Both the position numbers and the translations under genes were made by a program. A DNA stretch of 64,000 bases from an uncultured Syntrophales bacterium (GTDB lineage Bacteria > Desulfobacterota > Syntrophia > Syntrophales > JADFWA01). Of this stretch, positions 25,182 to 33,202 are shown one piece after another. Numbering within the stretch: the stretch's first letter is position 1; every line of letters begins with the position of its first letter. The notes under the pieces are model-generated. The model had not been told where the DNA came from and searched no databases. It worked only from the letters and a program-made list of their open reading frames with translations. The DNA lies in contig CAYVXX010000001.1 of the NCBI GenBank assembly GCA_964454305.1, forward strand, positions 65,464 through 129,463. The letters are read 5' to 3'.

Positions 25182-25931
25182 ATGCGACTTGCCGGTATCG
25201 ACATCGGTTCCCGAACCATTGAACTGGTAGTGTTAAACGAAAGAGGGATTATTGAAAGCAAGCAGGCAGAGTCCGGCTTTGATCCGATGACGCAGACAAA
25301 AGAACTCCTTGAAGGGGTTCAGTATGACCGCATTATGGCTACCGGTTATGGACGTCATCTCTTTGAACTTTCTTTTGATGCCCCAACAGTTACGGAGATC
25401 AAGGCCTATGCTGTGGGCGCAAGGTCTCTGTTTCCTGAAGTCAGGACAATACTGGATATCGGAGGTCAGGACTCCAAGGCTATTTCGGTTAGTGATGAGG
25501 GAAAAGTTGTTAAGTTCGAGATGAACGACAGATGTGCAGCCGGGACTGGAAAATTTTTGGAAATTATGGCGACCACTCTCGGCTTTAGTTTAGATCAGTT
25601 TGGTGTGGAGGCACTTCAGGCAACCAAAGATATCCGGATAAATAGTATGTGTACCGTGTTTGCGGAATCGGAAGTCACCTCCCTTGTAGCTAAAGGAGTT
25701 AACCGGCGAGATATCGCCCTGGGTCTGCACCACTCTGTAGTACGCCGGGCCGTGGGAATGTTAAAAAGGGTCTCGGTTAAAGAACCTATCATCTTTGCCG
25801 GGGGCGTGGCAAGAAATCCATGCACGCGCCATCTGTTGGAAGAGGTACTCGGACAAAAGATTGTGATACCTGAAAACCCGCAGATGGTGGGAGCACTTGG
25901 TGCGGCATTGCTCGCAGGTGAAAAGGGATAA
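25182..25931 (+). CDS. BcrAD/BadFG-type activator ATPase (CoA-enzyme activase / DCCP-R-like)
   Basis: The sugar-kinase/actin fold motif AGIDIGSRTIELVV, plus NDRCAAGTGKFLE and MCTVFAESE cluster-bridging Cys motifs. Confidence 0.85.
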   Translation: MRLAGIDIGSRTIELVVLNERGIIESKQAESGFDPMTQTKELLEGVQYDRIMATGYGRHLFELSFDAPTVTEIKAYAVGARSLFPEVRTILDIGGQDSKAISVSDEGKVVKFEMNDRCAAGTGKFLEIMATTLGFSLDQFGVEALQATKDIRINSMCTVFAESEVTSLVAKGVNRRDIALGLHHSVVRRAVGMLKRVSVKEPIIFAGGVARNPCTRHLLEEVLGQKIVIPENPQMVGALGAALLAGEKG

Positions 25932-25989
25932 ATTTTATTTGTATAGGTAAAATGACACTATTTGTTTACATTAAAGAAAGAGGATAAAA

Positions 25990-26880
25990 ATGAATGGCAA
26001 GAAAGGATTTACACTTGGTTTATGTGCTGTATTTATGTTCGCATCGTTGAGCATAGCTACGCCATCTTATGGGGAAAGTGTGCTCAATAAGATAGAGAAG
26101 ACAGGCAAGGTCAATATGGGCTTTCGAGAAGGCTCCGTTCCCTTTGGTTTTATGAATCAAAAAGGGGAATGGGTGGGCTTTGGTCTGGACCTTGGGAAGG
26201 AAATCGTGAAGGCCTTAGAGCAGAAATTTGGAAAAAATATCAAACTGGTCAAGAAACCGATCAATCCCAAGACCCGGATTCCCCTGGTCGTAAACGGTAC
26301 GGTCGATATCGGCATCGGATCAACAACCATTACCCTGGCCAGGGAAGAAGTCGTCGACTTCAGCCTTCCCTATTTTCTCACAGGGACCAGGCTTTTGGTT
26401 CCAAAGGACAGTCCCATCAAAGATTTTCCGGATCTGGCAGGCAAGCGGGTCGGTATGGGTAGCGGATCCACCGCAAATATTAAAGGGATAGACAGAGCAG
26501 TCGCATCGGGTCTTATCAAACCAGCCTGTAAGAAGGTACTCTTTGAAGAGCATAACAAGGGTTTCCTGGCACTGCAACAGGGTAAGATTCATGCCTATTT
26601 CACGGATGCCAGCATACTGGCCGGTATGAAGACAAAAGCCCGGAATCCAGGCAATTGGAAAATTGTTGGTAGATACCTAACATATGAACCCTATGGAATC
26701 ATTCTTCCTGAAAATCAGGGTGAATGGCGTGATTTCGTGAACGCCACGCTTATTAAAATGATTAAAAGCGGCAAGTTTGAGGAAATCTACGACAAATGGT
26801 TCGGTCCGAACGGTGAGGTACCATTGCCTATGAGTGATGAGTACAAGACTTTACTTAAGGCTCTGAGCTATCCGGATTAG
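25990..26880 (+). CDS. Amino-acid ABC transporter substrate-binding protein (family 3, Glu/Asp-type)
   Basis: A signal peptide, then KTGKVNMGFREGSVPFGF...GFGLDLGKEI, the typical SBP_bac_3 pattern. Confidence 0.8.
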   Translation: MNGKKGFTLGLCAVFMFASLSIATPSYGESVLNKIEKTGKVNMGFREGSVPFGFMNQKGEWVGFGLDLGKEIVKALEQKFGKNIKLVKKPINPKTRIPLVVNGTVDIGIGSTTITLAREEVVDFSLPYFLTGTRLLVPKDSPIKDFPDLAGKRVGMGSGSTANIKGIDRAVASGLIKPACKKVLFEEHNKGFLALQQGKIHAYFTDASILAGMKTKARNPGNWKIVGRYLTYEPYGIILPENQGEWRDFVNATLIKMIKSGKFEEIYDKWFGPNGEVPLPMSDEYKTLLKALSYPD

Positions 26881-26927
26881 AGCGCCGAAAAGGCCGAGGC
26901 CCTCATCAAGATCATAGCTTTCTGTGG

Positions 26928-26961
26928 GAAAGGCGTTTCAAAGAATGGACGTTGGCCTTTC
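26928..26961 (+). promoter_or_regulatory. Intercistronic hairpin after the SBP gene
   Basis: GAAAGGC (26928-34) pairs with GCCTTTC (26955-61). This is the usual position for differential mRNA stability or partial termination in ABC operons. Confidence 0.4.
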
Positions 26962-27050
26962 GTGTATTTGTGCAAGAATTGGTTGCAAACAACGCTGTTC
27001 AAAAGTGATTGTTAGCAATTGTCAGTGGTTTCTCCGGTGCCGGATAGGTT

Positions 27051-27779
27051 ATGGATTTTTTTAATTATACCTTTGATTGGAGTGTTCTCTGGCGTCATCC
27101 ATATGGCGGTTTGTTAATCAAGGGTATCCTAACAACCCTCCACTTATCACTACTGGCCTGGATGATCGCCGTGGTATTGGGTGTCACGATTGGCATTTTT
27201 CGGGTTTTACCGTTCCGGTTGGTCCGTTTCGCAGGAAGCGCCTATGTGCAGCTCTTTCGCAACGTACCCTTTCTGGTTCAACTTTTTTTCTGGTATTTCG
27301 CAGCGCCTCTATTACTGCCCAAACCAGCGCAGGAGTGGTTGTACGATAATGTGCCCAATTATTCATATTGGGCCGGAGTTATCTCCCTGGGAACATATAC
27401 AGCTTCTCGGGTAGCAGAGCAGTTTCGTTCCGGTCTCTTGTCAATTTCGCAAGATCAATACCGGACTGCATATTCCACGGGTCTTACAACCTTGCAGACT
27501 TACCGTTACGTCATTGCTCCATATGCCTTCCGAATCATTATACCACCCTTTACTACTGAATTTCTGACTTGTTTTAAAAATTCGGCTCTAACGATGACCA
27601 TAGGCGTAATGGAGATCACACATACGGCCTATTATATCGATTCATTTACCTGGCACGGCCTGGAGACGACCACGGCGGCCAGCCTGGTCTATTTATGCAT
27701 CGCGCTATGCGTTGTGCTCTTTATGTCGTTTATAGAAAAAAGTATTCATATTCCAGGTATGATTGCCAGGGAACAATGA
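27051..27779 (+). CDS. Amino-acid ABC transporter permease
   Basis: A polytopic protein of the His/Glu/Gln/Arg/opine permease type (SISQDQYRTAYSTGLTTLQTYRYVIAP, EAA loop). Confidence 0.85.
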   Translation: MDFFNYTFDWSVLWRHPYGGLLIKGILTTLHLSLLAWMIAVVLGVTIGIFRVLPFRLVRFAGSAYVQLFRNVPFLVQLFFWYFAAPLLLPKPAQEWLYDNVPNYSYWAGVISLGTYTASRVAEQFRSGLLSISQDQYRTAYSTGLTTLQTYRYVIAPYAFRIIIPPFTTEFLTCFKNSALTMTIGVMEITHTAYYIDSFTWHGLETTTAASLVYLCIALCVVLFMSFIEKSIHIPGMIAREQ

Positions 27780-27782
27780 GCT

Positions 27783-28436
27783 ATGGACCTGAGCGTCATT
27801 TCAATAAACTTTAAATTCATGATAGGAGGTCTTGTTCTAACTTTTGAGTTAGCCCTGATAACCATGGCGGGAGGTTTGATAGTCGGCATTATTCTGGCAA
27901 TGGCTCGCCTTTCACCCAGACACTGTCTCTATTATCCGACCACCATCTACATCCATTTTTTTCGCGGTCTGCCTCTGATTTTGGTGATTTTCTGGTTATA
28001 CTTTCTGTCGCCCGTTATTACAGGAAGATCGCTGGGAGCATTCTCCGCTGCTGTCATTTCTTTTATTGTATTTGAGGCTGCGTATTTCGCTGAAATTATA
28101 CGTGCCGGGGTACAATCCGTTTCCCACGGACAGGCCATGGCCGCCTACTCCAGCGGGCTGACCTTTTATCAAACCACACGTTATGTAATTCTGCCGCAGG
28201 CGCTGCATAATATGGTGCCTGCACTGGTCAATCAGGCCGTAATCATTTTTCAGGATACATCCCTGGCCTATGTCATCGGACTGAGAGAATTCTTGCGCCG
28301 GGTCAATTTGGTTGATGCCCGGGAGGCGCGGTCCGTTGAACTCTATCTCTTCGCCGGCTTGGTCTATTTCACAATCTGTTCCGCAGGTTCTCTGGCCAGC
28401 CATCGGCTCGAAAAGCGGCGAGCAAGGAGTTGTTAG
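27783..28436 (+). CDS. Amino-acid ABC transporter permease
   Basis: The EAA-loop region is [28 protein letters not shown]. Confidence 0.85.
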   Translation: MDLSVISINFKFMIGGLVLTFELALITMAGGLIVGIILAMARLSPRHCLYYPTTIYIHFFRGLPLILVIFWLYFLSPVITGRSLGAFSAAVISFIVFEAAYFAEIIRAGVQSVSHGQAMAAYSSGLTFYQTTRYVILPQALHNMVPALVNQAVIIFQDTSLAYVIGLREFLRRVNLVDAREARSVELYLFAGLVYFTICSAGSLASHRLEKRRARSC

Positions 28437-28437
28437 A

Positions 28438-29166
28438 TTGATTAAAATTAAAGGCGTGAGCCTGTGGTATGATAAAGGATTTAAAGCGCTTGATAATATC
28501 ACTGAAACAATACAAAGAGGCCAGACAGTCGTCATATGTGGCCCCAGTGGTTCAGGAAAAAGTTCACTGCTCAGGTGTATGAACGGCCTGGAGCGTTTCC
28601 AGGAAGGCGAGATTTTTGTCGATGGAGTATCCGTGCAGGATCCCGAAACAGATATCCATAAACTCCGCTCTGATATCGGTGTGGTATTCCAGCGTTTTGA
28701 GCTCTATCCTCACATGACAGCAATGCAGAATATAACCTTGGCGCCTATCCGGGTTCGTCACAAATCAAAAAGAGAGGCTGAGGAAAAGGCCATGGAGCTA
28801 CTCGAACGGGTGGAGATCCCGGAACAAGCTTTTAAATACCCGGAAGAACTTTCTGGAGGCCAGAAGCAGCGGGTAGCCATCGCCCGAGCCATGGCTATGG
28901 AACCCAAAACTATGCTTTTTGATGAGCCTACTTCGGCCCTGGACCCGGAAATGATTAAAGAGGTCCTCGATGTCATGATTAACCTGGCCAGGGAAGGAAT
29001 GACCATGGTTGTGGTAACTCATGAGATGGGATTTGCCAGGGAAGTGGCCAATGAGATCATCTTTATGGATGAGGGGAGGATCATTGAGCGGGGCGCTGAT
29101 CGCAGCTTTTTTGATAATCCGAAAAATGAAAGGACCCGTCAGTTCTTAAGTCGTATCTTGATATAG
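28438..29166 (+). CDS. Amino-acid ABC transporter ATP-binding protein
   Basis: Walker [10 protein letters not shown], signature LSGGQKQR, Walker [16 protein letters not shown] start at 28438 with RBS AAGGAG is preferred over the long ORF starting at 28312. Confidence 0.85.
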   Translation: MIKIKGVSLWYDKGFKALDNITETIQRGQTVVICGPSGSGKSSLLRCMNGLERFQEGEIFVDGVSVQDPETDIHKLRSDIGVVFQRFELYPHMTAMQNITLAPIRVRHKSKREAEEKAMELLERVEIPEQAFKYPEELSGGQKQRVAIARAMAMEPKTMLFDEPTSALDPEMIKEVLDVMINLAREGMTMVVVTHEMGFAREVANEIIFMDEGRIIERGADRSFFDNPKNERTRQFLSRILI

Positions 29167-29200
29167 AATGATGGGGGTCAAAACCAGAGGGCCGTGTTAA

Positions 29201-30037
29201 ATGAAAAAAAGTGTCAAAATTTCCATATTGTGCGAAGATCAAGCCAAAATGGGATACATGGACAAAATATTTTTAGGCCAACATGGATTTTCTGCTTTTA
29301 TAGAAGCCGGGGAAAAGATTTTATTTGATACTGGTTCTACTGATGTTATTATCTATAATGCAGCTTTGCTTGGAATCAATTTGAATGCCACAGACTTGAT
29401 TGTATTAAGCCATGGACACTGGGATCATGCCAATGGACTGAAAGCACTCCATACAAAGGGAATAAAGAAGAAGCTTTTAGTCCACCCCGGCGCATTTATC
29501 GACAGACGCAAGGCAACAGGGGAATATAACGGCATGTCGTACAACCAGGAGGAAACGGCAGAAAAATTTGATTTGGTCTTATTAAAAGAGCCCTATCAAA
29601 TTTCAGATAATATTTACTTTTTGGGAGAAATCCCCAGGGTCAATGAATTTGAAGCTAAAAAAACTACATTTTTTTACATGAATGAAGGGGAGAAACTTCA
29701 AGATTTCATTATGGATGATACAGCTCTTGCCATAAAAACTGAAAAAGGATTGGTGATTGTTACCGGATGTTCACATGCAGGTATCTGCAATATTGTTGAG
29801 CATGCCAGAGAAGTTACCAATCAGGATAAAGTATATGTTGTTATGGGCGGCTTTCATCTGTTAGGAGATCAGTGTCAATTGCAAAAAACGATCGATTATT
29901 TCCTGAAAAACAGGGTTGAGCATTTGTATCCCATGCATTGCACTGATTTACCATCTCTATCGAGGTTTTATGAAACGTTCGGAATCAAAAAGTTATGCGC
30001 CGGGGATACCATTGAAATCAATCACCGATCATTTTAG
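29201..30037 (+). CDS. MBL-fold metallo-hydrolase
   Basis: The LSHGHWDHANG metal-binding motif. Confidence 0.75.
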   Translation: MKKSVKISILCEDQAKMGYMDKIFLGQHGFSAFIEAGEKILFDTGSTDVIIYNAALLGINLNATDLIVLSHGHWDHANGLKALHTKGIKKKLLVHPGAFIDRRKATGEYNGMSYNQEETAEKFDLVLLKEPYQISDNIYFLGEIPRVNEFEAKKTTFFYMNEGEKLQDFIMDDTALAIKTEKGLVIVTGCSHAGICNIVEHAREVTNQDKVYVVMGGFHLLGDQCQLQKTIDYFLKNRVEHLYPMHCTDLPSLSRFYETFGIKKLCAGDTIEINHRSF

Positions 30038-30119
30038 GGGAAGTGGTGTTTGGTGCACTCCAAGGCTTGCATAGAAACGGGGAGGAGATTCAAATTTTGT
30101 TTTTAAAGGAGGTCAACCA

Positions 30120-31241
30120 ATGATCTATCTTGATTACAATGCCACCACCCCTGTAGCCCCGGAAGTGGCCGAGGCCATGATGCCCATTATCCTGGATAAC
30201 TTTGGAAATCCAAGTAGTTCCTACAATCTGGGAAGGAAGGCAAAGCAGGCGCTGGAAAAGGCCCGCGGCCAGGTGGCCGGACTTTTGGGGTGCGAGCCAG
30301 ACGAGATTGTCTTTACAAGCGGGGGGAGTGAATCAAATAACACAGTACTGAAGGGTGTGGCCGTGAGCCTGCGTGATAAAGGTCGTCACATCATTACAAC
30401 CGAGATCGAACATCCCTCCATATCCAATCCTGCCATATTTCTCATGGAAAATGGCTGGGATGTAACCTTTCTTCCCGTTGATCAATACGGCCAGGTGGCG
30501 CCGGATGATGTGAAAAAGGCCATCAGGAAAGATACAGTGCTCATCACGGTCATGCATGCCAACAATGAGACGGGAACCATCCAGCCTATTCCGGAGATCG
30601 GACATATTTCCAGGGAACAGGGAATACTTTTACATACCGATGCCGCCCAGTCTGTCGGCAAGGTGGAGATCGATGTAGATAACCTGTGTGTGGATTTTCT
30701 AACCGTGGCCGGCCATAAATTATATGCACCCAAGGGAGTTGGTGTGTTATATATACGCAATGGCATAGAGATTGAACCTCTGATTCATGGAGGCGGTCAG
30801 GAGATGGGCCACAGATCCGGCACCGAGAATATCATACTCAATGCAGGTCTGGGGGAGGCATGTGAACTGGCCGGGAGGAACATTAAGGATGACATGATTC
30901 GTCTCGCCGCCCTTCGCGATCGACTCCATGATAAGATAGTCGCGCAAGTTCCCGGAGCAAGGCTGAACGGTCATCCCGAAAACCGTCTTCCGAATACTCT
31001 CAATCTCTCCTTTCCCGGCATGACCGGAAGCGATATCCTGGATGGGATTCCCAGACTGTGTGCATCTACCGGCGCTGCCTGCGAGGACCGTTCTATAACA
31101 ATTTCTCATGTCCTTGCCGCCATGGGTGTCTCCCGGGAGACAGGGATGGGCGCTGTTCGACTTACCCTTGGCAGGCCTACGACTGAGACCGAGGTTGATC
31201 AAGCGGCAGAGTGGATAATAGAAAAGGTGAAATATGGATGA
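30120..31241 (+). CDS. NifS/IscS-type cysteine desulfurase (possible selenocysteine lyase)
   Basis: IYLDYNATTP, the PLP lysine in AGHKLYAPKGVG, SGTEN, and the active-site loop CASTGAAC. The stop overlaps the selD start. Confidence 0.85.
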   Translation: MIYLDYNATTPVAPEVAEAMMPIILDNFGNPSSSYNLGRKAKQALEKARGQVAGLLGCEPDEIVFTSGGSESNNTVLKGVAVSLRDKGRHIITTEIEHPSISNPAIFLMENGWDVTFLPVDQYGQVAPDDVKKAIRKDTVLITVMHANNETGTIQPIPEIGHISREQGILLHTDAAQSVGKVEIDVDNLCVDFLTVAGHKLYAPKGVGVLYIRNGIEIEPLIHGGGQEMGHRSGTENIILNAGLGEACELAGRNIKDDMIRLAALRDRLHDKIVAQVPGARLNGHPENRLPNTLNLSFPGMTGSDILDGIPRLCASTGAACEDRSITISHVLAAMGVSRETGMGAVRLTLGRPTTETEVDQAAEWIIEKVKYG

Positions 31242-32286
31242 CAAGTCAAAAATACGTCTTACGGAAACAGTACATGGTGCCGGGTGAGCCTGTAAGATAG
31301 GTCCGGGAGACCTTGACAAGGCTTTACGTGGACTGCCACTCCAGTCCGATCCGAACCTGATCGTGGGAATAGAAAGTGCTGAGGATGCAGGTGTTTATAA
31401 GTTGAGCGATGACCTCGCCATTATTCAGACACTCGATTTCTTCACACCCATCGTCGACGATCCCTATACCTTCGGCCAGGTTGCTGCGGTCAATTCTCTA
31501 TCAGATGTCTATGCCATGGGGGGGAAACCCATTACGGCCATGAATATAATCTGTTTTCCGATAAACAAGATGGATGTAGGGGTACTCCAGCAGATACTTC
31601 TTGGTGGCCTGGACAAGATGCAAGAGGCGGAAGTAGTTCTGGTCGGTGGACACAGTGTGGAAGATGATGAGCTAAAGTATGGGCTATCTGTTACCGGGAT
31701 TATCCACCCTGACAAAGTGCTTTTCAACAGGGGAGCAAGAGTCGGTGATAACCTTATCCTGACCAAACCTCTGGGAACAGGGATTATCAACACAGCACTG
31801 AAGGGGGAGATGGCCGACGATTATCTGGTAGCCGAATCCATAAAATGCATGCTCACTTTAAATAAAAGGGCTGCGGAGTTGATGGCGGAATTTGCCGACA
31901 TTCACGCGTGTACTGATGTAACCGGTTTCGGGTTTCTCGGCCATGCCTGCGAGATGATAGAAGGAAGCGATGTGGGAATGATTATTGATTCCTCACAGGT
32001 CCCCTACTTCCAGGAAATCCAAGAGCTGGTAGAGATGGGGTTAGTGCCGGGGGGATTGCACAGAAACAGGGAATTTCGCATACATATGATCAAGGCAGAT
32101 CCCGATTGTCCCGCCTGGATGGTGGATGTCCTCTTCGATCCGCAAACTGCCGGCGGTTTACTCATCGCCTTACCTTCAGAACAGGCAGAAAAGCTATTGA
32201 GAAGGATGCATGATGAGGGTATAGAAGAAGCACGCATCGTTGGTGAGATAGTATCGAAACCGAAAGGAGAAATCGTAGTATTATAA
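31234..32286 (+). CDS. selD: Selenide, water dikinase SelD with in-frame UGA (selenocysteine) at codon 18
   Basis: Own translation from ATG 31234: MDDKSKIRLTETVHGAG-U-ACKIGPGDLDKALRGLPLQSDPNLIVGIESAEDAGVY... It is in frame with ORF 31363..32286. The TGA at 31285-31287 sits exactly at the Cys/Sec position of the SelD G-x-G-(C/U)-x-C-K motif. Confidence 0.9.
31288..31322 (+). other. Candidate bacterial SECIS hairpin
   Basis: Lower stem GCCT (31288-91)/AGGC (31319-22). Upper stem AGGTC (31299-303)/GACCT (31309-13), with apical loop CGGGA starting 17 nt after the UGA. Confidence 0.55.
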
Positions 32287-32391
32287 ATAATTGACAGATA
32301 CGATAATATAGGCTTGACATGATATTTAAACTAATATAGATAGTCTATTCTTTAAAAATAATCTCGGCTAAAAATAAGGGGGAGTTTTTTA

Positions 32392-32667
32392 TTGGCAACA
32401 CATAAATCCGCAGAAAAGAGAAACAAACAGAATGAAAAACGGAGGATGAGAAACACATCGATAAAGACCCATGTAAAGACGAAGGTCAAGGCGGTTCTCG
32501 GGTCCGTTAAAGATAAGGATATCGAAGGGGCAAAGAGCGCCCTTGCCAGTGTTATACCTGTTATAGACAAGGCCTCAGCCAAGGGTGTCCTTCATAAAAA
32601 TACTGCATCGCGAAAAATTTCAAGACTGACCAAGAAAGTAAATACCCTTCATACTTTAGAATCCTGA
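32392..32667 (+). CDS. rpsT: 30S ribosomal protein S20
   Basis: ATHKSAEKRNKQNEKRRMRNTSIKTHVKT, with a TTG start. Confidence 0.9.
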   Translation: MATHKSAEKRNKQNEKRRMRNTSIKTHVKTKVKAVLGSVKDKDIEGAKSALASVIPVIDKASAKGVLHKNTASRKISRLTKKVNTLHTLES

Positions 32668-33192
32668 CATAATATATCGATATGTCTTTTTAGCTGTGTC
32701 TTCAGCGAGTTTCTTGAGGGCAGTTGTTCTATTAGTTTCAGTTGTATTCGGGCTACTTTCATCAACCAGGTAATCTTCTTTCTCTGAAAGATTCTTGTTG
32801 GCCCAGATAATCGTTTTGCTTTCTCTCTCCTCAAACACAACCTCCATGGTCACGATTACACGGTTTTCCTTAGCCAGCTCGGTTGTGCTGTAAGCAAGGT
32901 GAGGAGTGACAAGGCTGTTTATACTTCCCTTTAATACAGTATCGGCAAGGTTTTTACTGTTTACCAGCTTGAATCTGCTTCCTTTTCTAAACTGATCAAT
33001 AAATGAGTTCCTGAAATAGTTTTCAATATTTGCCTCACTGGTATTGTTGGAAAAATTATCAACAAAAACCGTTTTAAGTCTTTTATCTATATGCTCACCT
33101 CCTGGAGAGAAGTGATATCCGCAACCAGCGGCAAGAAAAGAAACTACCACGATAACTGTCAGAAAATTTGTTTTCAGTATTCGCCAAATCAT
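32656..33192 (-). CDS. lptE: LPS-assembly lipoprotein LptE-like
   Basis: The lipobox is FLAAGCGYHF, and the position immediately downstream of leuS is the conserved leuS-lptE arrangement. Confidence 0.65.
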   Translation of the reverse strand: MIWRILKTNFLTVIVVVSFLAAGCGYHFSPGGEHIDKRLKTVFVDNFSNNTSEANIENYFRNSFIDQFRKGSRFKLVNSKNLADTVLKGSINSLVTPHLAYSTTELAKENRVIVTMEVVFEERESKTIIWANKNLSEKEDYLVDESSPNTTETNRTTALKKLAEDTAKKTYRYIMSGF

Positions 33193-33202
33193 CGGTAAAC
33201 TC

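Noticed and set aside
27996-28535. 179-aa minus-strand ORF, and the 5' extension (28312-28437) of the ABC ATPase ORF
   Set aside because: The ORF is antisense to the permease/ATPase genes. The ATPase is better started at TTG 28438, which has an AAGGAG RBS right after the permease stop.
31285-31287. The in-frame TGA in selD interpreted as a truncation or pseudogene
   Set aside because: The TGA aligns with the catalytic Cys/Sec position of SelD, the flanking residues (GAG-U-ACK) are intact, and a SECIS-like hairpin follows. Selenocysteine recoding is the better explanation.
30747-31319. 190-aa minus-strand ORF
   Set aside because: It is antisense to the NifS-like gene and the Sec-containing 5' end of selD, both of which have strong family motifs.
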